DNA from: Azolla caroliniana
Lineage: Eukaryota > Plantae > Polypodiophyta
DNA length: 64,000 nucleotides
Assembly (NCBI GenBank): GCA_043228905.1
Contig: JBHGNT010000020.1
Location: forward strand, 8,246,001-8,310,000
Reading direction: 5' to 3'
Each line of letters starts with the position of its first letter. The first letter of the stretch is position 1. Position numbers and translations under genes: made by a program. The notes beneath the pieces are model-generated. The model was given only the letters and a program-made list of their open reading frames with translations, did no database searches and was not told the origin of the DNA. This document shows positions 38,627 through 50,807 of the stretch, one piece after another.

Positions 38627-39088
38627 TGTTATCGCTAGGGCCAGACAATGACCTAACACAGGGTGTCCCTTTGAGACACTTCACCAAAGGGGTGTTGCGG
38701 TGAGATAAACTTAGACCGAACTATTAGTGAAACCCTAATTGGTTATTAATCGGCAAGATCATTAGTCACAATACACGCGTAAGATGAATTACACTTAGCA
38801 CAGAACGGTAATTAACTTGATTAAGATATAGATCAACAACACTCTATTAATTATCCGCTAATGATTACAATCTAATCGGGCCCTTTTATAGGTCTCCGGC
38901 TTTAGGAACAAACCGGTGCCTACCGGCAACTAGCTACGAACCAATCCGGATCCGGATCGGCATACCGATTCCGGGTCCGTCCGTTCGCTTCTCAAAATCA
39001 TAATAATTCAATATTATAGATAATCAGCTCCAGGTTATTAATTATCCCCCTTTTCCCATTATGGACTTCCCTTGTCGACTGGCTAACA
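38627..39088 (-). mobile_element. Solo LTR, TSD GAAAG
   Basis: TGTTA...TAACA termini; GAAAG at 38622-38626 and 39089-39093; CCTATAAAAGGG on the minus strand. Confidence 0.88.
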
Positions 39089-42000
39089 GAAAGCATTTGC
39101 ATTTGAGTCCAATGAAATTGGTTGTGTAGATCCCACAATTGTGGAACCAATGATTATATTTACAGTTCCACATTACTCTACCTAAAAAGAATGGTTCATT
39201 AAGGTTCATTCAGGATTTATAGCCTGTCAATAGGGTTACTATTCGAAATGTCGGTGTTGGACCGATTGTAGATGCCTTTGTAGAAGCTTTTGCAGGAAGA
39301 GCTATATATTCTATGTGTGATTTGTATTCAGGGTATGATCAATTTCAACTTGCTATTGATAGTCGTGATATAACTACTATAAGAACACCAATTGGATTGA
39401 CGCGAATGTGTACATTGCCTCAAGGTGCTACAAATTCAGTGGCACATATGGTGAATGCTATAAATAAAATTTTAAGAGATTTTGTGCCAAAAATAACTAT
39501 GCCTTTTCTAGATGATGTTCCAATTAAAAGATGCTCGATGAATAAGAAGGATGAAAAACTCATGCCGAACGGATGTAGAAAGCTTGTTGCAGACCACATT
39601 GATGCTTGTGAAAGAATCCTTTCAAGGTTAAAGGAGGTTCATCTTATATTTTCAGGTCAAAAATCTATGTTTGGGGTTCCCAAAGTTCTGATTGTAGGGC
39701 ACATGTGTGGACCCTACGGAAGAAAGCCATCCCCAATTAAGGTAAATGCAATTCAAAATCTAAAAGATGATTGTAAATCTCTAACAGAAGTGTGTAGGTT
39801 TTTGGGTGCTTGTGGGTTTTACCGAATTTGGATTCCACATTTCGCACATGTGGCTAATCCGCTTTATGGGTTGCTTAAGAAGAATTCAAGTTTCCTTTGG
39901 ACTAATGTACATATAGATGCAATTCGCCAACTAAAGGAAATGTTGTTGAATGCCCCTGTTTTACGGAAGGCTAGGTATGATAGTGAACACCCCATCATTG
40001 TTATTGTGGATACAAGTCCAATCGGGATCGGTTGGGTTGTTAGCCAAGAAGAGAAGGATGGGTTGAGGTATGCAGTTCGATTTGGTGCAAAAATCTTAAC
40101 AGAACGCAAATAAACTTACCTACAGATTCAAAGAGAGTTATGGGGTATGTTAACAACTATTACAAGAGATCGTGAATACGTAATTGGTGTTGAAGTTGTG
40201 GTTGAAATAGATTGTCGTCGATTGCTAGGAATGATTTCTAGTTGTGAAACATTTGATATAGCTATGCTTAGATGGATAGCTTACATAAAATCACTATGTT
40301 CTGAAATCAAGCACATTGTAGGAACGGATAACCCAATTGCAGATATGCTCTCAAGAGTGAGGTTTAAATGTAAAAATACTATGGTAATGACTGATGAAGA
40401 ACATGAGATTTTTTATTTCTTTTCCATAAATTGTAACTTGAAGGGGTCATGTGATTTGGGTGTTCATGTTATTTTTCGTGAATCTGAGTACGAGGGGGAG
40501 ATGTTACAAATTGGAAAATACTTGAGTACTCATGAGAAAGATGGAACATGGTCAAGGGAGCTATTTCATAAAATAAGAAAGAAAGCTTATAAATTTTTTC
40601 TTCATGAGGGATATCTTGGAGACATCCAAAAGTTGTGAAAGGGATTCCGCAAAGAGTGGTTGGAAGAAGGGAAGAGCAACAAAAACTAATATTTGAATTT
40701 CATGATACTTTATGGGCAGGTCATCATGGAGTTTGGGCCACCTACTCAAAATTAAAAGAGAAGTTTTGGTGGGATGGAATGTACAATGATGTTGCAGACT
40801 ATGTACAATCGTGTGAGAACTACCAAATGTATTCGAATATTCGGCATCGTGATGGGTTGCAACCTACTTATTCTTTATCTCTACATTATAAATGGGTTGT
40901 GGATATTATAATGATGCTTGTAGGGGTTTGGCAAATGAGATATCTTGTATTGGCAAAAGAATATTTGACAATTCAAGTGGAAAGCCGAGCCCTACGCCAA
41001 AAAACCACTTCAGTTGTTTGTAAGTTCCTTCTTGAAGTTGTGATATGTAGGTACGAGTGCATTGGGAAGATTGTTGCAGACAGAGGAGAACTAGATTCTA
41101 ACGAAGCTGAAGAATTTTTTTCAAGAATGGCAATTCGATTGTCCTTAACTACGGCATATAACCCTGAAGCTAATGGGAAGGTTGAGCGTGGACATAGCCC
41201 TATAGTAAAAGCTTTGGAGAAAGCTTGTGATGGCAAGATAGCTAACTGACCTCATCCGTTACCGTATGCACTATGGGTTGACCGCACTACTCACAGTTTT
41301 GTAACTGGCTTTATGCCATCAGAATTGATACTTGGTCAAAAGCCAATTATTCTAGTAGAGCAATTGGAATTTTCCTGGGTTGCCTTGCCATGGGCAAATG
41401 AAATGAGTCGAGAAGATTTGCTTGCTCTTAGAATAAGACAACTAGAAAGAAGGGATGAAGATGTTCAAATAGCTATGGAAAGGATGAAACAATGTCGACT
41501 ACGGAACAAAGAAAGATTTGATAAAACCCATCGCCTTTGACCAAGAAAGCTCCAAGAAGGTGATTGGGTCATAGTTTATGATAGCAGCTTGGATAACCAA
41601 CATAGTACTTCTCGCAAAATTGCCAAAAGATGGTTCAGGCCATATATCATTAGACAAGTGAATAAAAATGTAACTTATTTCCTAACTGAAATGGATGGAG
41701 TTGCTTTAAAGTTACCAATTGCAGGAAAGTGAATTAAGCTATTCAAGAGAAGGAAAGATCAAAGCACTAACTTCCTCAACGAAGATGACATTCATGAAGC
41801 TGAAGTAGGAGACATTCGTTGGCACATGCTAGAGGATGCGCAGGTCTAGAGGGGGAGGATGTCGTGATGTTTCCATGCCATGATGAGAAAATAACCTCTA
41901 CCAATTTATATGAGCTTATTCAAATATTTGTAAAAGCTTATTCAAATATGTGAGGCCTCGATGAGTAGGAGCATGTGGATGTTTAGGTGTCGTGAAGGAT

Positions 42001-42544
42001 TTGCTTCACGATAGAAAAATAAACTAAAATATTGTGTTGAATAACATTTGAGAGACTTGAACCCACAACCTCACATACCAAATACAAGGCACATACCATT
42101 AGGCTAGGTCATTTTTTCTTTTAAAACTATATTTTAATGTTTGTACTTATGCCGTGTATATTTTCATACATGAAAGCTCAACTGAGTGGGATGTCTATCA
42201 TGCATCACATGTAATGCATGAATGCCAAATGGTGATCATGCATCAGATGCATTTCATGCACTACATGCATGTCTTGTACCGTCACATGCATCATATGCAT
42301 GGGGGCACCTATTTATAGAGGAAAAGGGAAAAGAGTGAGGGGATAACATGAGACGAGGAATATTATTGTAATAGGAGGGACAAACTATATTATTGTACAA
42401 GAAATATTTTGTAATCATCTTCAGATATCAATACAAGTTATTTTCGTTTCTCCTCTTTCTTTGAGAAGAAGCCCGATGTTTACTTCCCGGATTCATGATT
42501 TTCTTTTCGTTTACTCTCGTATGCTGAGATCGACTCGACAACGT

Positions 42545-42900
42545 CACAAAGCGACGACCTTAATCCCTAGTTCTTGGCCAACATATGCAATCTTCGTACT
42601 ATCTAGCGTGGGATAGAGCTCAACATGAGTCTCCCATTGGCCCAGCCACGTGTAGATTGCTTCTTCGGTTCTTTCCTTTTTTTCTCTCGTAAATGGCTTT
42701 ACGACAAATGATGGTTCACGCTGACGCTCATTGGGTCTATTAATCTCACATTGTAAACTAATGACACGTGCCTCGAGAGCACTTTGAGATTGCTGAAGTT
42801 CGGACATCTAATGCGCGGTTGAACTAAAGAAATGTTGTATTTGTAAAAAATACGACTGAATGGACATTGGTCCAGGAGGATTTCCTTGAGTTCATTCCGC
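42545..42900 (-). pseudogene. Chromovirus-like gag N-terminus, segment B
   Basis: MSELQQSQSALEARV..EAIYTWLGQWETH, homologous to 57880-58140. Confidence 0.8.
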
Positions 42901-43763
42901 TTGAGCGGATGTCATCGGGTCGTTATTCTGAGCCATTGAATGATTATTTCTGGCAAAGAAATAGGATAACGTCAGACAAATAGTCATAACATCATGTCGT
43001 GATGTAAACATATCATGGGCCAATAGTAATCAATATCATGATCTCACGTCAATACCCCTCTAGACGTATGAGATGAGGTTCAAGATCAGGTTACTATGGT
43101 AACACAAAGGTGTTTTAAAAACCATGGGGGTGACAAATGAATGTCTTTCCCTGATCTCTATATCAATATTTTCATGGCGGCTCCCCGAGGCTTAACCATG
43201 TATGTTCGTGGCATGAATAGTTTATACACGAAAAAAATGTTAATAGTAAACTATGTTTTTGTGCCCATGTATGTGGTTTTGGCTCTTTAAGTCCTATTAC
43301 GAGGACCTCGAAGTGCACTTAGACCTAAAGTCTAAACATGTATTATAGTCATATGTATCAACAACATTATATAGTCTTGGTCATATTTGAACTCGAGACC
43401 TTGACAACAAATGCATTAAACACTTGAGCTAACCAAATATCTTGCTCGTGTTGAATGTTTAACATTTTATGCGTATAAGAGATATGTGAGGCATTTGCCC
43501 ATATATGTTTTCTTAAAAGAAACATATATGTCAAGAGTCCTTATTTCCCTCTCATTTACCACAAACTATGTTGGTACGTTACCTAACCTCAAGTCTCATA
43601 ATTACGATGGCATACGCCAAAGTGCAACCTAATGGTCAAGCCAAATGATCCCTCTTTTTGTAGTAGGCCCACGTGGCCCATCACATGGTTACGTCATTAC
43701 GAATGCCTTTCGTAAGAATGACCTCATGGGGGCATCGTATCCATGTAATGAGGGAGGGATGTG

Positions 43764-46700
43764 TGTCGAATACAAGTGTATAATGGACGTATTCACACTA
43801 TCCCTTTAGGCCATTTGTGTAATTAGCATAAAGGGTAGTTGCCCTAAGTCGGTCACTATATATAGTGACCTTGTAACCTTTTTGTAAGGTTGGGTGTTGT
43901 ATTATTGCTTTGTTGAATAAGAAAGTTTTTTGTGTCCCTCTCTCTCTCTCTCTCTCTCTCTCTGTGCACGATCTATGATTCTGTTATACGCAGGTACTCA
44001 ACAGCAATCGAATGCTTCTTGATCTTCCGCATAGACGACCTCGTCTACAACATCTGGTATCAGAGCCTGCACAGTAGTCGGTCCTTCAATCTGCTGTCGG
44101 CCGTCGTCTCAGCCTGCACAGCATTCGGTTTCCTGCGTCATTCGAAGAAGAGAGAAGAAGAAGAGAAACGAGGCTTGCATCTCATCGCGTTAGATCATCT
44201 TCGCTTGGAGTAAGCCAGCAGGTTGTACTCTGTCCCTTGTGATCGTAACCGCTCGAGGTGAAATCCCCTTGTGCAACATTGACACGATCGTGCTCCACCC
44301 GGTTAAACGGCATCCGAAGAGGTAATCAAACGCCGCTCATTGTAACCACTCGGTGCAGATCGGTCTTAAGACAACAACCCCAAATTCGTGCTTCATCTGG
44401 CTGATCGACATTCGGGAGGATCAGTTGGATCAGTTGGATCCGTCTCTCTCGTTGCTGCAGTCAACCGAAGCAGAATCGGTCCAGATAATCGGTTTCAATA
44501 ATCGGTATTCGGCATATATATCCGAAGCGAACCGGGCTCACTCTGACTCGGCAACATTCGGGAAGACCAGTCGGTTCTGTCCCTCAAGCTACCGGAGTCA
44601 ATTCGAGCAAGTTCCGAAGCCGAACCGACTCGGGTTCAAATCCGACTAGAACGATATCGGGTGAGCCAACCGGCTGCACTCCAACAAGGTTCGTAGTCAA
44701 CTCCGAACCGAGCTCCGTCAACCGAAACCAAATTTGATGGCATCAACATCCGGCTCGTCAGAAATGAGTCTACGCAAGTTCGATGGATCGAACTTCAACT
44801 TCTGGAAGGAACAAATGCAGGACTATCTCATAGTCAAGGGGCAAATCGATCCCATCGAAAATGAAGAACCTCCAGAAGGATTCAAACCAATTGAGTGGCA
44901 GAAGCTGGACAGAATCGTCCGCGCCACGATTCGGATGCACCTATCGGAATCGGTATACTTTACGGTGCAATCGTGTACGACAGCATTCGAACTGTGGAAA
45001 ACACTGTCGGACACTTACGAAAAGAAGGTCGCCGCAACAAAGATGTTTCTGATCCGGCGCCTCTACAACTTGCGGATGAAAGAATCCGACTCGGTTCAAG
45101 CACACCTCAATGAGTACGAAAGCATAAGCTCCCAAATCTCGTCACAGGGGACGGCAATCGAGGATGAACTCAGAGCAATGATACTCATGAGTAGCCTTCC
45201 CTCATCATGGGAAACTTTCGTCACAACCGTGTGCAACGCGTCAACCACGGCTGTTAAATACTCCGAAGTCACGAGCGCAATCCTGACCGAAGCAGCTCGG
45301 AGAAAGTCTTTCACCAAAGACTCAACAGACGACGCTTATGTAGTACAAGGTTCGACAGACCGATCGAACATACGAGGAAGAGATTCCTCACGGCCGCCGA
45401 ACAATCAGCGAAGACGGAGCCAGTCACGGGATAACCGAATCTGCAACTATTGCAAGAAACCCGGACACATCAAAGCCGACTGCCGCGCACTCAAGAACAA
45501 GAACAACAAGAAGAGAGGCCGGCATGAGGAGATCAATTACGTCAGCTTCTCAGCTGATGTGCTACCAGACGACCCGAATATACTATCAATCAAAAATCCA
45601 GTCGGATCAGAAGTTCTACTCACGACTGAAGAGTCGAGCACATGGCTCTTAGATTCGGGCGCGTCATTTCACGTGACTCCTCATCGATCCCAATTTCGGC
45701 AATATACGATCCGTCACTCCGACTCAGTTCGAGTCGGCAACTCACAACACTGTGACATCATCGGAATCGGCACAGTAGAGCTCAACCTTGCAGGGGGCTC
45801 TACACTTGTACTCCACAATGTCCGACATGTACCCGAGCTCTCAAGGCCATTGATCTCAGTCGGACAACTAGATGAAGACGGCATTCGTGCCGGTTTTTCT
45901 TCGGGAGGGTGGACACTCCACAGGGGGAACCTCCTGCTTGCTAGAGGACCCAAGATACACTCACTGTATCCGTTACATGTTACGCTCAGAGAGGGTAACC
46001 TGTTTTTGGTGGATATTCCTGTGTCATCACTATGGCACAGAAGATTAGGACACCTCAGCAAGGCCGGCATTACGCATCTATCTAGAGCCGGATACATCCC
46101 CAAACTCTCCTTCTCCAACCATCAATTCTGCGAGCATTGCCAGTATGGCAAACAAGCAGCCGCATCACACCCGACATCAGCACCAAGAGAAACGAGACCT
46201 CTTGATTTAGTCCATTCGGACGTCTGTGGCCCAATGCCGCATCAGTCTCTAGGCGGTGCCTCTTACTTCGTCAGTTTTATTGACGATTCGACTCGAAAGG
46301 TGTGGGCTTATCCAATTCGCACCAAAGATCGTGTCTTCTCGATCTTCACCGATTGGCTCGCTATGGTAGAAAATCAAACCGACCGAAAGCTGAAATGCCT
46401 TCGGACAGACAATGGGGGAGAGTTCAAATCCGAAGAATTCGTCAAATTCTGCCGACAACGCGGCATCCGACGTGAATTTACGGCACCACACAGCCCGGAG
46501 CAAAACGGGATTGCCGAACGAATGAATCGGACAATCCAAGAAAGGATAGTTTCCATGCTCCAACACTCCGGACTGTCGGATGGCTTCTGGGCAGAGGCTC
46601 TACTCACGGCAGTACACATAATCAACATGTCGCCAAGTAGACCTCTAGGACTTCAAATTCCTCAGGAACTATGGATCGGCAGTAAGCCGAATTACGACAA

Positions 46701-49114
46701 GCTGAGGATCTTCGGATGCGAGGCGTACGCCCTTATTCCGAAAGATGATCGCCGAAAACTTGCACCTCGGTCCAGGAAATGCATTTTCCTCGGATATGGA
46801 TCCGACGGAGAAATGGGATACCGACTCTGGGATCCCGAACGCAGACAAATCGTCCGAAGTTCGGACGTTGTGTTCAACGAGTCGGCTATGAATCCATCAG
46901 TCGAAAAACCGATCGAAGTCCGAAGGGTAACATTTTCCGATGTGCCGACCCTTCAAGAAGGCCCCGCTCTCAACACACGGTCAGCTTCACGGGTAGCTGA
47001 ACCTTACACTACCGACTCGGACAACTCCGACTCGGCACAGCAGAACAATCCGCTTTCGGACCATCCGACCTCGATACCCGATGCGACCAGTCCAATCATA
47101 CCTCGACGATCCGAGAGACTGTCGCAACCTCCGGAGAGGTATTCTCCTGGAATTTTCTTCACCGACGCCGGCGAACCGACGTCTTACGAAGAAGCATCGA
47201 CATCTGTCGATTCCGCCACCTGGCATCTGGCGATGGAGTCGGAAATGCACTCCATTCGGGCAAACAAGACTTGGGATCTGGTCGAATTACCTAGGAACCG
47301 ACGTGCTCTTCCTTGCAAGTGGGTTTATCGACTAAAAGAGACGTCTGATTCGACCACCCCAAAGTACAAGGCCAGATTAGTTGCGAAGGGCTTCCGACAA
47401 GAATATGGCGTCGACTTCGACGAGATTTTTTCACCAGTGGTGAAAATGACAACCCTTCGTTTTCTACTCGGCGTAGTGGCAGGCGACAACTTGGAGCTGA
47501 TTCAGCTAGATGTCAAAACAGCCTTCCTCCATGGTGATCTCGAGGAGGAAATTTATATGGAGCAGCCAAAAGGCTTCGTGGCACCTGGCCAAGAACATCT
47601 AGTCTGCCGACTCAGGAAGAGTCTATACGGCCTCAAACAGGCACCGCGACAATGGTACAAGAAGTTCGACGACTTCATCCAATCGATCGGCTTCTCCAAA
47701 AGCGATGAGGACCATTGTCTCTTCACCAACACAGCTCAAGATGGATCACCCATCTTCCTCATCATTTACGTGGACGACATGCTAATTTCTGGACGCCACG
47801 CGGGCGAACTTGCCGATCTCATTCGGCAACTGCGGTTGAAGTTTGCCATGAAGGACCTCGGTCCGGCACGACACATACTCGGCATGAAGATTAGTCGGCA
47901 TCGCGACAAACGACATCTTTTTTTGTCTCAGACCGACTATATCGGACGTGTCTTGGAACGCTTCAACATGCAATCAGCCAAATCTGCTTCAACCCCGCTC
48001 CCAATGAATCTTCGGCTCTCTCAGCGAGACTGCCCGACATCCGGCCCAGAGGGGGAAGATATGAAGTCGGTACCGTATGCACCGGCAGTCGGCTCCCTTA
48101 TGTACCTGATGGTCGCGACACGGCCTGATATTTCTCATGCCGTAGGAGTCGTTAGCAGATTTATGCACAATCCTGGCCGATCGCATTGGAACGCAGTCAA
48201 GCATGTGTTCAGATATCTGGCTGGCACAAAAGACCATGGCATTCTTTTCGGTCCGAACCGAACCTCAGGCGTAGTCGGTTACACCGACTCGGACTTCGCC
48301 GGCTGTATAGACAGTCGGAAATCAACAACCGGATACTGCTTCAAATTCGGCAATGGAGCAATTTCGTGGAAGTCGAAACTTCAGGAGTGCACAGCGACCT
48401 CAACGACCGAAGCAGAATATGTAGCTGCGTCCGATGCAGCAAAAGAAGCCTTATGGCTCGGTCGGCTGGCGCACACGTTTCGGCAAGTCGATCATGACTC
48501 GGCCCCAGTTGTCTATAGCGACAGTCAAGGTGCTGTTGCCTTGTCGAAAAATCCGGTTCACCACAACGCCTCCAAACATATCGACGTTCGATATCACTTC
48601 GTTCGGGACTGCGTCATCTCAGGGAAAATCGGTCTAGAGAAAATATCCACAACCGACAATGTCGCAGATGGAATGACCAAGTGTCTTTCGGCAGACCGCT
48701 TTCGGTCTCTTCGGCATCAGATGGGCGTAACGACAAACCAGTCCGGTTAGAGCCGGACACAGCGCAGGATGGTTCCCGACAACCGACATCAGTTCCTTAA
48801 TGATCGGCTTCAACTGTTCCGACCCGACCAGTTCGGTCTTCTGCCTTCGGACCCTGCCGACTCGAACAAAGCTGATATGTCCGAGAACCTAAGTCTATAC
48901 CTGTAATCTTAGATAACCCATGTATACGCCCATTACGGGGGAGTGTCGAATACAAGTGTATAATGGACGTATTCACACTATCCCTTTAGGCCATTTGTGT
49001 AATTAGCATAAAGGGTAGTTGCCCTAAGTCGGTCACTATATATAGTGACCTTGTAACCTTTTTGTAAGGTTGGGTGTTGTATTATTGCTTTGTTGAATAA
49101 GAAAGTTTTTTGTG

Positions 49115-49153
<39 letters not shown>

Positions 49154-49238
49154 ACGATCTATGATTCTGTTATACGCAGGTACTCAACAGCAATCGAATG
49201 CTTCTTGATCTTCCGCATAGACGACCTCGTCTACAACA
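43764..49238 (+). mobile_element. Intact young Ty1/Copia element, TSD ATGTG
   Basis: LTRs 43764-44052 and 48944-49238 are identical by eye except for (CT)n length; PBS-Met TGGTATCAGAGCC 44055-44067; PPT 48935-48943. Confidence 0.98.
44737..48750 (+). CDS. Copia gag-pol polyprotein, uninterrupted (~1337 aa)
   Basis: CNYCKKPGHIKADC, WLLDSGASFH, WHRRLGH..CEHC, HSDVCGP..TDNGGEF..QNGIAERMNRT, LYGLKQAPRQW, YVDDM, YTDSDFAG..STTEAEY..KHIDVRYHF. Confidence 0.97.
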   Translation: MASTSGSSEMSLRKFDGSNFNFWKEQMQDYLIVKGQIDPIENEEPPEGFKPIEWQKLDRIVRATIRMHLSESVYFTVQSCTTAFELWKTLSDTYEKKVAATKMFLIRRLYNLRMKESDSVQAHLNEYESISSQISSQGTAIEDELRAMILMSSLPSSWETFVTTVCNASTTAVKYSEVTSAILTEAARRKSFTKDSTDDAYVVQGSTDRSNIRGRDSSRPPNNQRRRSQSRDNRICNYCKKPGHIKADCRALKNKNNKKRGRHEEINYVSFSADVLPDDPNILSIKNPVGSEVLLTTEESSTWLLDSGASFHVTPHRSQFRQYTIRHSDSVRVGNSQHCDIIGIGTVELNLAGGSTLVLHNVRHVPELSRPLISVGQLDEDGIRAGFSSGGWTLHRGNLLLARGPKIHSLYPLHVTLREGNLFLVDIPVSSLWHRRLGHLSKAGITHLSRAGYIPKLSFSNHQFCEHCQYGKQAAASHPTSAPRETRPLDLVHSDVCGPMPHQSLGGASYFVSFIDDSTRKVWAYPIRTKDRVFSIFTDWLAMVENQTDRKLKCLRTDNGGEFKSEEFVKFCRQRGIRREFTAPHSPEQNGIAERMNRTIQERIVSMLQHSGLSDGFWAEALLTAVHIINMSPSRPLGLQIPQELWIGSKPNYDKLRIFGCEAYALIPKDDRRKLAPRSRKCIFLGYGSDGEMGYRLWDPERRQIVRSSDVVFNESAMNPSVEKPIEVRRVTFSDVPTLQEGPALNTRSASRVAEPYTTDSDNSDSAQQNNPLSDHPTSIPDATSPIIPRRSERLSQPPERYSPGIFFTDAGEPTSYEEASTSVDSATWHLAMESEMHSIRANKTWDLVELPRNRRALPCKWVYRLKETSDSTTPKYKARLVAKGFRQEYGVDFDEIFSPVVKMTTLRFLLGVVAGDNLELIQLDVKTAFLHGDLEEEIYMEQPKGFVAPGQEHLVCRLRKSLYGLKQAPRQWYKKFDDFIQSIGFSKSDEDHCLFTNTAQDGSPIFLIIYVDDMLISGRHAGELADLIRQLRLKFAMKDLGPARHILGMKISRHRDKRHLFLSQTDYIGRVLERFNMQSAKSASTPLPMNLRLSQRDCPTSGPEGEDMKSVPYAPAVGSLMYLMVATRPDISHAVGVVSRFMHNPGRSHWNAVKHVFRYLAGTKDHGILFGPNRTSGVVGYTDSDFAGCIDSRKSTTGYCFKFGNGAISWKSKLQECTATSTTEAEYVAASDAAKEALWLGRLAHTFRQVDHDSAPVVYSDSQGAVALSKNPVHHNASKHIDVRYHFVRDCVISGKIGLEKISTTDNVADGMTKCLSADRFRSLRHQMGVTTNQSG

Positions 49239-49851
49239 ATGTGGATATGTGTGTCCTAGGAGCGACCTCACATGAAATGGGTCAAGCCCTACGTTCTCAA
49301 TATCATTGTGGCTATGAGTGTTTCGTTATGTAACGAAATCGAAGTGACCAACGGGGATATTAAACGAAAAGTTGTTGAAAAAAAGGATGGTGACTACGCT
49401 ATTCTCACAAAAATGTGAGGATGGCCACCAAGATCTGTTCCCCGAAAAGGACAACCTTTGATATATAAATCATGTAATAACTAATATACACATATGTATA
49501 TTTAACACACATATACGTCAAATACGTATACACGTGACCACATATGCATATATTAAGAAAAATCGTAACATCAAATCACCAACATATGATGAAATCAAGA
49601 CACGTAATCAAGGCATATCGCCTCTAATTACAACCAATTAATTACCATTACAATATCATTGAATCAATGAAAAACAACATATATTGACTATAAATTATTA
49701 GATTGAGAAGAAAGAATAAGAAAAAAAATAAGGAAAAGTTACCAAAGTTCCTTTGTTGATTGTTATCTGGATCAAGGTTGATCGCACATCGATCAATCAC
49801 CATCAATCAAGAAGAAAACAGAAACCAACAAAAGAAACATTAGAAACAATA

Positions 49852-50319
49852 GCTCTGATACCAACTGTTAGAGTTATGGTCTTACGTAAGCATATGATAA
49901 GGATAAAAGATATGAGAAATAAGAAGGAGAGAGAGGAAGAAAGGTGTCGATCCACCCAACCACCCCCGAGCGAAGGGATCGAGATAGACTCGAGCCTCGA
50001 TCGGCGTCCCATACCACCGCCGTGGCATCGAGTCGTACCTGGTGTTGGCGCGCTCGCTACAAGAGTTGACCCACCACAAGAACAGAGTTTCAACGTAGTC
50101 AAAAGATCCCCAAATGAGGGTAGCTAGGCCTCATATTTATAGTGATACCCAAGGCCCCCAAGCAAGTTCACACTTGGCCTAACGGGTTGTCTCAATCCCG
50201 AGGATTAAAAGTAATCATCCCCTTCTTTACACTATTGTTTAACCCTCACACTTATCCACGTGTATAGAATACTACAGTAAATTCTCACCACGGGATATTA
50301 TATGGTCATGCCTGTAACA
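49852..50319 (-). mobile_element. 5' LTR (49866-50319) and PBS-Met (49852-49863) of the chromovirus-like backbone element
   Basis: TGTTACAGG...CTCTAACA followed by GT-TGGTATCAGAGC; homologous to the LTR at 57462. Confidence 0.9.
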
Positions 50320-50480
50320 ATTAACTTTATAGTTGAGTAGTTGTTCAAAATAAGATAAATGATCCATGACAATATTGATATTATAAACTTAAATGTATGG
50401 ATCAAGTACACAATAAAATAAACTAGAACAAGACAACTTGGTTACTTATGGAGAGGAAACAATTGAAGGAGATTGTTTTT
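50320..50480 (-). pseudogene. Older diverged fragment of the same chromovirus-like family
   Basis: Similar to ~7075-7230. Confidence 0.65.
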
Positions 50481-50807
50481 TGTTGAGGGTCAAACCAAAC
50501 TTCCCTAATGTAGTGACTTTCATACTCACAATGGACACTCTAGGTTCATGCTAATTTTGTAAATAGTAGAAAGGGTAGTTTCCCTAAGTTAGTTGGTATT
50601 TAAACCAAGTCTTTTGTAACCAAGTTACTGTTGGATGTATTTTGTTAGTAACTGTTTCCTTCCTAATAGAATTTCTTGTTCTTTGTCTCTAAGTTCTCTC
50701 TGTCTCTGTCTGTCTGTCTGCTTGTTTTACTCACTCACACACACACAGTCTTCTTCTGCTGCACTAAGATCATCCACACTCTCCATTTCATTACATGGTA
50801 TCAAACC
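50481..50807 (+). mobile_element. Copia-type 5' LTR (50481-50795) and PBS-Met
   Basis: TGTTGAG...CATTACA-TGGTATCAAACC; shares AAGGGTAGTTxCCCTAAG with LTR 43764. Confidence 0.7.

Larger units (their letters stand above)
33900..41830 (+). pseudogene. gag-protease-RT-RNase H-integrase of the Trp-primed Gypsy, fragmented
   Basis: ALIDHDSEINL (protease), DLYSGYDQF..LPQGATNSVA..FLDDVPIK (RT), VDTSPIGIGW (RNase H), HDTLWAGH..ADRGE..YNPEANGKVERGH (integrase); no chromodomain seen. Confidence 0.88.
33123..42540 (+). mobile_element. Full-length autonomous-type Trp-primed non-chromovirus Gypsy (degenerate), 4-bp TSD ACGC/ACGT
   Basis: 5' LTR 33123-33803, PBS TGGTGAACCCAACGTGAA 33805-33822, PPT 41848-41859, 3' LTR 41860-42540; the host gag rejoins across the insertion. 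Confidence 0.92.
42995..49570. mobile_element. Possible old LTR-like insertion that hosts the intact Copia
   Basis: TGTCGTGATG start like the Trp-group LTRs, CGTAACA end, tRNA-like module at ~43385-43435; TSD not clean. Confidence 0.3.
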
